Under the pieces are notes generated by a model. The model saw nothing but the letters and a program-made list of their open reading frames with translations. It was not told the DNA's origin and did no database searches. From a virus, in IMG/VR virus record IMGVR_UViG_3300028844_005756, positions 21,834 through 85,833 of that record: a stretch of DNA of 64,000 bases. One strand, 5' to 3'. The position numbers and the translations under genes were made by a program. Positions 56,396-64,000 of this stretch are shown in pieces. How positions within the stretch are numbered: position 1 is the stretch's first letter; each line of letters starts with the position of its first letter.

Positions 56396-58477
56396 TTAAA
56401 ATACGAATGTTTTTTTACAATAAGAATCAAATATAAAATTACTTACATATGGATTTGTGACTACATCTAATGGACCTGTCGGACCCATTGGAGTCAAATG
56501 TTGATGACTTAACAACAATGTCATAAATGTTAAACCTTTAAGAGCGGGCTCAACTGCAGCAAAATCTCCAACTTGAACTACTCCTGTATTAGTATGTATA
56601 GTAGCTCCTGTTTCGGCCATAGCATTGAACCGAGTACCTGCCTTTACGAATACTTCAGTACCTGCCTGTATGAAAGTTCCAATTTTTGAATTAGTATTAA
56701 GACTTAACCCTGCATTTATTAGCACATTCATTCTGGCCAAAGCATGAATATCTGTAGCAGTAGATACCATTCGTATAAAACCACCCGTTTCTTCTACTGT
56801 ACCTAATTGTGTAGCTTTAATTTTTATACTGTTTACTGTCTGAGTTTCTAAAACAATATTACCCAATCTAGACAGAAAATATATATAGCCAGTTTGTGTT
56901 TGTCCTATAATGCTAGCTGGATGTGTATAGTGATCTTCAAACTCAGGTGAAGGCTGAAATTGCTGGAGTGTTGCTATTGAAGTAGGTAATGGAGATGTAA
57001 CTGTAAGAGAGGCAAGGTCAGCTATAAACCCTTTCGGTCTTGAGGATATTCTAGTATCACCATCTTGAGCATTCAATTCTATATGACCGTGTCTGGCCTT
57101 TACCTCTACACCAAGTGGTCTTGGAGCATAAATTGGTAGCATAAAGAAATTATTTTCAGCAATCATAGAAACAGTATGACCAGCGTTCATAACTATATTG
57201 TCAGCAACACCTAAACTATAATGTGCGCTAGATGCAACTTTAATATTACCACCAGATAAATTAAGCATACCTCTCGCATTGAGTTCATACTCATTTTGTA
57301 TTGTATGTTGATGATTAACAGCATTAGTCTGCATCAATGCGGTAGATTGAATAATCTCATTCATTCCCATTTGATTTACAGAAGAACTAATAATGTTCAC
57401 TCTACCAGATGATGCTAATATATTAAAGTCACCTTGTTCAAGTGTCAAATTATAATTACTAGAACCGCAAACTCTTAATTCATAATCTTCACCAGACACA
57501 CGGGAAGAATTAATCATTAAAGCATAGCCACGCTTAAATGTTGAGTATTTTGAACCCTTTACATATTCAAATTTATTAGCTTCGTTAAAATCATATCTTT
57601 CAGAAACAGTTTGTGTTACTAATTTACCATCAGGATGTATTTCTCTGAATGTACCTGAACGATGATACTCATGTATTCTTTCTGCTCTTGGTGTGTCATC
57701 AAATTCTAATATATGACCAGATTCAGTTTCCCAAACATGATTAAATGGGTAAATAGCAGCATATGGAGATGACGGTTGGTCAAACTTAAAAGATTTTCTA
57801 GCAGTGGATACATTTTTAGTTTCATTTAAATATCTTGACATCATAGGTTCTTTAAGAACCCTTGTATTTGTTTCAAATGTTGATGCTGATGATATAGCAG
57901 GGTCATTAAATATTCCTAGATCAAGAATACCTCTTGCTAGTTTAGGTGTTGTAGATTGATCTTGTCCTTCTAAACGAGGATATCTTTGAACATTCTGGTC
58001 TTCAACAATTTCAACGCCTAATTCATCCTCTTCATTTTTTCTTACAGTTATCGGGGGAGATGGGTATCCTCTTTGCTCTAATAAAGAGTCGGTTCTCACA
58101 TCTTTAAATCCATACATAAACCAATCAGGATCATCGGAACGATTTAATTTATCTGGTTTTGTAGCATATCCTCCTAACGCACCTATAACTAAAGGTTGTT
58201 GAGCATCAGCCCCATCAAGATAAAATCCAACAACCCAAGAACCCTCAACAAGTCCTGTAGGACTTCTACCAACATCTGTTTGTGCACCAGAAGTAGTCGG
58301 TTGCATAACCATTGCCCAAGGTAGGTCTTCCGTAGGTAAATCCACATTATCATTCGTATGATCTCCAACACAACGAACTTGTACACGCCCTAAGAAGTTG
58401 GGGTCCATGCGATTTTCAACAACACCAATGAACCATCGTAAATTTGAACCAAAATTTATATTATTTAAATCTAACAT
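56396..58477 (-). CDS. gp5: baseplate central spike (T4 gp5-like, no lysozyme domain)
   Basis: WFIGVVE.R.DP..LGRV.VR, LPWA, G.WVVGF.LDG..QQP; YP.NHV.ETESGH..EFDDTP..ERI..YHRSGTF.EI.PDG; C-terminal HQH. Confidence 0.93.
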   Translation of the reverse strand: MLDLNNINFGSNLRWFIGVVENRMDPNFLGRVQVRCVGDHTNDNVDLPTEDLPWAMVMQPTTSGAQTDVGRSPTGLVEGSWVVGFYLDGADAQQPLVIGALGGYATKPDKLNRSDDPDWFMYGFKDVRTDSLLEQRGYPSPPITVRKNEEDELGVEIVEDQNVQRYPRLEGQDQSTTPKLARGILDLGIFNDPAISSASTFETNTRVLKEPMMSRYLNETKNVSTARKSFKFDQPSSPYAAIYPFNHVWETESGHILEFDDTPRAERIHEYHRSGTFREIHPDGKLVTQTVSERYDFNEANKFEYVKGSKYSTFKRGYALMINSSRVSGEDYELRVCGSSNYNLTLEQGDFNILASSGRVNIISSSVNQMGMNEIIQSTALMQTNAVNHQHTIQNEYELNARGMLNLSGGNIKVASSAHYSLGVADNIVMNAGHTVSMIAENNFFMLPIYAPRPLGVEVKARHGHIELNAQDGDTRISSRPKGFIADLASLTVTSPLPTSIATLQQFQPSPEFEDHYTHPASIIGQTQTGYIYFLSRLGNIVLETQTVNSIKIKATQLGTVEETGGFIRMVSTATDIHALARMNVLINAGLSLNTNSKIGTFIQAGTEVFVKAGTRFNAMAETGATIHTNTGVVQVGDFAAVEPALKGLTFMTLLLSHQHLTPMGPTGPLDVVTNPYVSNFIFDSYCKKTFVF

Positions 58478-60025
58478 TTAACCAATTATATTATTGAATT
58501 TATATTGCAATCTTAATTTTCTAGATTCATCATGTATATCATTTACTATTTCTGAAGAAAGTACTGATGTCTTTACAACAGTTCTATCTGGTTCTAAAAA
58601 TATATCTGATGAATCAGTTGCTGTAGCAAACTCACTACCATCTAAATTATAAGATTCGCTGATAGTATCTGTTACCATTTCTATTAATAATTTATATTTT
58701 TCACTTAAATCTACAGAATGATGTATTCTTGTCACAAGATAATTACCAGATACATAAGTATCTCCTTTTTCTTGATCTCTAGGTACATAAAAATTGATTA
58801 TATCACCAACTGCTATATTACCAGAACTATCACCAGCCATTTCAACTTGTACAACTAATGAGTCAATCTGAGATTGCATACTCATTCGTCTTTGATATAC
58901 TTCTGATTTGTGGTCAGAATAATCTTGGGATTCTAAATCGCCCTTATGAGACATCACTGTTGAGCTTACTGTCAATGGTTTTTCATTGCCAACATCATGA
59001 GTAATATCACTATATTCTGATGTTAATAAAAATTTATTGTTATTGATATGATAATATTTTTTAGCATCTTTTTGATAATAAAATTGTTTTGTTTCTACGT
59101 TTCTTTTTTCAATATCTACATAATTAATTTCCGAAGAATACATTCCTTTTGACATATTTTTAAAAACATCAAATCTTTTAACTATTTTATAATCATAAAC
59201 TACATTCCACTGAACTTCTTTATTTTCCGACACATCTTTTGGTATATAAACTATAGTTTTAATTTTATTTGAATTTTTTCTATTTTTGAAAACATCTTCT
59301 AAATTTACAAAACGAAAACGATTAATGTCTTGAAAAAAGAAAAATAACGCTCCAGTTGTAGAACTTGCTCTCACACATAATTTATTTAAAAGACGAAATG
59401 GTGAAAAATTCGGAACAACATACTTTTCTATATGTCCTGAATTTGTTTCAATACCATAATAATTTAAACTTACATCTTTTTCTTTTACATAATATTCGGA
59501 TTTCTCAACAACACTTACCGATTTTTCATTTATTAAACCTAAATATTTTTCACAAATAATACTCACAATATCAGACAAATACCCTTTAGAAAAAGACCTT
59601 GATATTTTTTGTTTTTCACTTCTAATTGCAACTTCAGATGTTAATAACAATGTATAAAGAACAGAATTTTCATTTATTTTTTCTATTTCAGAAATACCTG
59701 TAACTCGCATTCTAAGTTCTATTGCTATTTTAGTATGCATAGAACGAAAACATAATTGTACTGTTTCTTCACCTATAATTGGAAAATCTGTAAGTAAATG
59801 ATTTGTATCTAATAAACTTAGAGAGCCTGTTAAACAATTAGAATACAAATCTTCAAAAATACTAAAATTAGTATAGATTAGGTCTAATTTATATTGTTTA
59901 AAAATAGGGTCTTTTCCCGCAACTGGTATACGAGGAGATTCTAAAAGTAGTGATAATAATTCATAATCACCAATTTCGCTTGGATAAAATACTGTCTTTA
60001 CTGACTTATCAAAAACTCTTCTCAT
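58478..60025 (-). CDS. baseplate hub protein (gp27-like)
   Basis: FSIFEDL....LTG.L.L.D......PIIGEE, FFFFQ, SG.YLVT.I.H; between gp53 and gp5. Confidence 0.75.
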   Translation of the reverse strand: MRRVFDKSVKTVFYPSEIGDYELLSLLLESPRIPVAGKDPIFKQYKLDLIYTNFSIFEDLYSNCLTGSLSLLDTNHLLTDFPIIGEETVQLCFRSMHTKIAIELRMRVTGISEIEKINENSVLYTLLLTSEVAIRSEKQKISRSFSKGYLSDIVSIICEKYLGLINEKSVSVVEKSEYYVKEKDVSLNYYGIETNSGHIEKYVVPNFSPFRLLNKLCVRASSTTGALFFFFQDINRFRFVNLEDVFKNRKNSNKIKTIVYIPKDVSENKEVQWNVVYDYKIVKRFDVFKNMSKGMYSSEINYVDIEKRNVETKQFYYQKDAKKYYHINNNKFLLTSEYSDITHDVGNEKPLTVSSTVMSHKGDLESQDYSDHKSEVYQRRMSMQSQIDSLVVQVEMAGDSSGNIAVGDIINFYVPRDQEKGDTYVSGNYLVTRIHHSVDLSEKYKLLIEMVTDTISESYNLDGSEFATATDSSDIFLEPDRTVVKTSVLSSEIVNDIHDESRKLRLQYKFNNIIG

Positions 60026-60531
60026 AAATCTATTATCTCTGTAGATAAATCTGCTTGAACACGATTAATAATAATGTTATCAAAAACTTTTATATGTTTC
60101 TTTTTTTCATTTTCTAGAATTGAATGTTGGTATGCAGATACAGATTTTACTGCAGTGGGTGATGTTCTACCAACTTCATAACCAAATTTATCATAATATG
60201 CGACAATTTTTTTATTTGAAGCTTCTATTGACCCATATTTTTTAATCAACTCTTTATCTAAAATTTCTGAAGGCTTAACCCAATCGGAATAAATGCTGTA
60301 TATATCATTTAATATTAAAATAGTCCAAGTGAAATCATAACTTTCGTATATTTCATAAGAAACCTCTTCCGGTCTTTTTTCATTTTCTATTTCATAATTG
60401 TTAATAATTAAACTATCCCGATTATTTTTTATATAATCTAGTAGCTTAATACGAACTGTTATGTCTACTAAGTTTACGGAATTATTTTTTATATTATATG
60501 AAGTTTTTGGAAATTCTTGAAAAAAATACAT
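60022..60531 (-). CDS. gp53: baseplate wedge subunit (T4 gp53-like)
   Basis: YFF..FP...Y, DIT.R, RPE.VSY..Y....W.IL.LN.I, ENEKK..IKV. Confidence 0.9.
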   Translation of the reverse strand: MYFFQEFPKTSYNIKNNSVNLVDITVRIKLLDYIKNNRDSLIINNYEIENEKRPEEVSYEIYESYDFTWTILILNDIYSIYSDWVKPSEILDKELIKKYGSIEASNKKIVAYYDKFGYEVGRTSPTAVKSVSAYQHSILENEKKKHIKVFDNIIINRVQADLSTEIIDL

Positions 60532-60544
60532 TTATTTTTTTATG

Positions 60545-61399
60545 TTATTGATGAACTGAATCAACATCACTTCTTGTGAATACTTTAGTTTCTTGTAAAG
60601 TTAGACTTATTGAAGTAGATGTGTAATATTTTGCAACACCATCTTCACCTTCAAAAAATGCCATTTCATTTTGGTCTTGCACATCATTATGAGAAATATC
60701 AAGCTTAGTGACTACTGTAGGTAAAAATTTAAATTTATTATATATCTCATCATTTACATATATCTCTAAGTGTAAATTACTTGGATATTTGTAATGATTA
60801 TTATAGTTTATGGTTGCTGCTATATTTCTATTTATTGTAGTAGGTAACACATTCTTACGAAATGTATTTTCTATTGTAATTAAATTTTTTGCTTCAATTT
60901 CATTTTTAGCAAATAAATTCCAAGTAAAATAGAATAAACGATATGCTTGGTTTTGTCCTTGAAAAAAAGTAGTTGTATTTGGATTATATGCTACACCTTC
61001 GGCATAGGTGCCTGCCTTTATAGCTGCATTATCTGCTCTTAATATACCAGAGGTGACAAAAGCTTCAAGTGCTTCAGTTGCTTTAAAATTATCTATAGTA
61101 TGCGCCATTGCACCTTGAACACCTTCTGGAGTCATGCCATATTCTCTTATATTAGAAAATAATACATTACCCAAAACTCCAATATTTTCAGTATTGTAAT
61201 TTGCAGATACAGATTCTACTAATAATCTAGGAGCAATAGGTAAAAACATAACAGGATGTTGTATTTCTGTTATTTCAAGATTTGCATTTTTATTAGAAAC
61301 CTTATGCTTAGTGAAGACTAATTTCAAATAATTTTTTTGATAACCTGTTTTTCTTAACTCATTTGGAAAAACTATAGGTTCTATAATACTTGATGCCAT
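60545..61399 (-). CDS. baseplate tail-tube cap/initiator (gp48/gp54-like)
   Basis: NPN...FFQG...R.F.FTW.L..KN..EA, YP, SL..QE. Confidence 0.75.
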   Translation of the reverse strand: MASSIIEPIVFPNELRKTGYQKNYLKLVFTKHKVSNKNANLEITEIQHPVMFLPIAPRLLVESVSANYNTENIGVLGNVLFSNIREYGMTPEGVQGAMAHTIDNFKATEALEAFVTSGILRADNAAIKAGTYAEGVAYNPNTTTFFQGQNQAYRLFYFTWNLFAKNEIEAKNLITIENTFRKNVLPTTINRNIAATINYNNHYKYPSNLHLEIYVNDEIYNKFKFLPTVVTKLDISHNDVQDQNEMAFFEGEDGVAKYYTSTSISLTLQETKVFTRSDVDSVHQ

Positions 61400-61401
61400 G
61401 T

Positions 61402-62397
61402 TTATCCTACGTCATCTGCTGTATAAATTTTGTTTTCCATCATAATAATTGTTATATCATAAGAGTGATGGTAATAACCCTTTTCACCTTTAATAAAAGT
61501 TTCTGTATCCGAACTAACTCCATAATAAGCAGATATATCACGTATTACATACTTATGCGGAAAATTCATTAAGTAATTTACATCTCTCATTGTATTATTG
61601 TATTTTTCTACAATTTGTAGTTCAAATTCAAAAGGTATTTTAAATGTGGAACTAAACAATGTATCGGCAACTTTCTTGTCTTTTTCAATAACATCTAATG
61701 AATCTTGAACTTCTTGTGGTGTTGAATCAAATGTAAGGGCATTTGATATTTGCGAGAGTTTAGTTTGTACGTACTCATCTAAATATTGAAGTCCATTTTG
61801 AAATAAATTGAATTGTGTAAGTTTAGGTAATGTAGCTTTCTGTAATGATTTTATGATTGTTTCTAATTCTAAAGCATCTTCCTCATTTTTAGGAGAAATT
61901 TTCCATTCAAGTGTAAATTCTCTAACTCTACTTACACCATCAAATAGTAAAGTAAAGTTCGGTGCTCTTGAATATCCTGAAGCTTGTGCTCCTATTTTTA
62001 AAAAATAATTATCAGTCTTAGCTATCTGCTGTTCTATAAAAGTATCTATAACTGATAATCCATTATCTAAAACTTCTTGTTTTACACTATCATATGCATC
62101 TCCCAAAGAAAGTCTCTCTCCTTTGACAATATTACGTATGCTTCTATTCACCGCATCATATTTGTTTTTTACTAATTCTCCCAAAACACCCAGTTCTTCT
62201 CTATTATAATCTAATTGAAATTCTTCTCTTAGCAAACCTTTTGGTAAAGGTAAATATATTATAGATTCTAATTTTCTTTTGTTTTTATTTTCGGCAGTAG
62301 TCTTCGTAGTTGAAACATCATATATCATCATTTTAAGAAAAAACTTTTGAAAAGTTTCTAAATGTATTTTTTTAGGATAAATCAAACTATTAATCAA
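61402..62397 (-). CDS. second gp48/gp54-like baseplate protein (TTG start)
   Basis: IYLPLP, PN..LLFDG...REF..EW...PKN..DA; AAGGGG SD before TTG. Confidence 0.7.
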   Translation of the reverse strand: MINSLIYPKKIHLETFQKFFLKMMIYDVSTTKTTAENKNKRKLESIIYLPLPKGLLREEFQLDYNREELGVLGELVKNKYDAVNRSIRNIVKGERLSLGDAYDSVKQEVLDNGLSVIDTFIEQQIAKTDNYFLKIGAQASGYSRAPNFTLLFDGVSRVREFTLEWKISPKNEEDALELETIIKSLQKATLPKLTQFNLFQNGLQYLDEYVQTKLSQISNALTFDSTPQEVQDSLDVIEKDKKVADTLFSSTFKIPFEFELQIVEKYNNTMRDVNYLMNFPHKYVIRDISAYYGVSSDTETFIKGEKGYYHHSYDITIIMMENKIYTADDVG

Positions 62398-62408
62398 AAA
62401 TACCCCTT

Positions 62409-62843
62409 ATGAGAAAAACTAATTATCGTCAAGGAAAATTTTATATTAAAAATGAAGGTAAGTATCGTGGAAACTCACGTAATATTATTTATCGTAGTTC
62501 TTGGGAAAAGAGAATTATGGCATTTTTTGATCAATCATCAAATGTTGAGTGGTGGAATTCAGAAGGAATGATAGTTCCATACTTAAATCCAATAGATAAA
62601 AAAATGCATTCATATTTTCCAGATTTTATTTTCATGAATAAAAGTAAACAAACCTACATGATAGAAGTTAAACCGTATCGTGAAACACTACCTCCATCAA
62701 AAAAATTAAAAAATTATAGAAGTGCTGCGATTACTTACATAATCAATCAATCAAAATGGAAGCAAGCGCAAACGTTTTGTGAGAAACAAAATTGGAAATT
62801 CATAGTTTGGACAGAGAATGAAATGAAGAAAATGGGAATCTGA
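62409..62843 (+). CDS. gp4: head completion nuclease-like protein (T4 gp4)
   Basis: KY.G....I.YRSSWE, W.SE...PY..P.D...H.YFPDF, IEVKP, N..KW..A. Confidence 0.93.
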   Translation: MRKTNYRQGKFYIKNEGKYRGNSRNIIYRSSWEKRIMAFFDQSSNVEWWNSEGMIVPYLNPIDKKMHSYFPDFIFMNKSKQTYMIEVKPYRETLPPSKKLKNYRSAAITYIINQSKWKQAQTFCEKQNWKFIVWTENEMKKMGI

Positions 62844-62862
62844 GTAATATCAATTACTTAGC

Positions 62863-62904
62863 AAAATACTAGACATATCTAATAAAAATACTAGATGAAT
62901 CTAG
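62863..62904. repeat. two 22-bp-spaced AAAATACTAGA-N3-ATCTA units, each with dyad TAGA-N4-TCTA
   Basis: Units start at 62863 and 62885. Confidence 0.65.
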
Positions 62905-62926
62905 TGAAAAAACTTTATTATATTAC

Positions 62927-62955
62927 TTGACATTTTATTTTATTTTTGATATATT
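62927..62955 (+). promoter_or_regulatory. early promoter TTGACA-N17-TATATT
   Basis: Intergenic, upstream of GGAGG SD. Confidence 0.65.
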
Positions 62956-62996
62956 ATAAGAGATATTTTATTTTCTAATCATCATTATGGAGGACC

Positions 62997-64000
62997 ATGC
63001 AAGAGATTGAAATCAATAAGTATATTAGTGAGTTGAATTCTGATGCCTTCTTTTGTCATAAAAATTATACTTCTCTGATAGACTCGCCAACCGGTTCGGG
63101 TAAAACAGAACTAATCTTCAAGAGGTCAAAAAACACTGACAAAATTATCATTGCATTTCCATACACTTCTCAAGTCATTCAACAAAGAAAAAAATATCCA
63201 TCATATCAATATCTTTATGATGATAAACAGTTTGATGAAAAGTTATCTAACAGAATAGTTTGTACATATGATAAACTTGTTTCACTAATCACAAGAGACC
63301 TAGATCTAAATGAATATGAATTACACGTAGATGAAGTACACAATCTATATGTCTCTGCAAACTATCGTGACCGTGTCATGTATTATATCTCACGTTCCAT
63401 TCGCAATCAAATCTATAAAAAAATATATTTGTATTCAAGTACATATGATACAAAGTATTTGAATAACTATTTGATTATCAACGAACACTTTAAAGTCAGA
63501 AGAAGGAAAGATGTTAAGGATGATGTGACATGTATTCATTTAGAGAATAGTCAAAAGATTACAATGAATGAAGCCATGATTTACCATTTTCAACATAATG
63601 TAAAGCCAGATGAGAAGGCTTTAATTTATCGCAATAATAAAAGTGAAAATATAGCACTTAGGAATTCATTGCAAGACATGGGATATAAAGTTGTTGTAGT
63701 TGATAGTGACAGTAAAAATGAGGAAGAGTCCATTAAGATATTGGAAACTGAAAAACTATCTGGCAAAACGGATGTTCTTATCACAACATCAATGTTGACA
63801 GAAGGTATCAACTTGTTAAACAAGAACATCACTCAGATTCATTACATTGATAAAAAGAAAAGTGCTACTACTATTCGCCAGTTTGCAAGCAGAGCCAGAA
63901 ATGGTAAACACAAAACATTTGTCTGGTATAAAAAAGAAGAAACCTTCAAGTTAAAGAAAGATATATTTGATGAATGGTTTGACTTTACCGAGAATGCTAA
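62997..64000 (+). CDS. SF2 (DExH) helicase, origin-binding-protein-like; 3'-truncated by window edge (absent from ORF track)
   Basis: SPTGSGKT, TYD, DEVH, SST, TTS.LTEGIN, QFASRAR; GGAGG SD; frame open to end. Confidence 0.85.
   Translation, partial: MQEIEINKYISELNSDAFFCHKNYTSLIDSPTGSGKTELIFKRSKNTDKIIIAFPYTSQVIQQRKKYPSYQYLYDDKQFDEKLSNRIVCTYDKLVSLITRDLDLNEYELHVDEVHNLYVSANYRDRVMYYISRSIRNQIYKKIYLYSSTYDTKYLNNYLIINEHFKVRRRKDVKDDVTCIHLENSQKITMNEAMIYHFQHNVKPDEKALIYRNNKSENIALRNSLQDMGYKVVVVDSDSKNEEESIKILETEKLSGKTDVLITTSMLTEGINLLNKNITQIHYIDKKKSATTIRQFASRARNGKHKTFVWYKKEETFKLKKDIFDEWFDFTENA

Overview
AT-rich, gene-dense segment of a large T4-like myovirus genome using standard code 11. The + strand left half holds: a HExxH/VWA protein with a CobS-like AAA ATPase; the replication accessory genes gp45, gp44, gp62 and regA; dUTPase, SpeD-like, GNAT, endolysin and PD-(D/E)XK nuclease genes; a small tRNA cluster (Asn, a structurally rearranged Ile(UAU)-like RNA, a 5'-damaged Arg, Asp); ParB-like and UvrD-like proteins; a DHOD-like enzyme; PhoH; three enzymes with T4-type capsid-targeting N-termini (HAD and ART-like on the - strand, amidoligase on +); a secreted SNase; and a repeat-rich fibre. 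The - strand right half is the baseplate module (two gp48/54-like, gp53, hub, gp5, about 13 kb of unassigned genes including a GT47 glycosyltransferase, gp25, gp6, a giant gp7 with a degenerate Hint domain, gp8). It is followed on + by gp4 and a 3'-truncated SF2 helicase. Most notable: an 87-nt tRNA-like gene whose D-arm appears replaced by a pseudoknot from the variable arm, a putative virion-packaged effector set, and the Hint domain in gp7. All protein calls come from motif recognition and synteny; no database searches were run.
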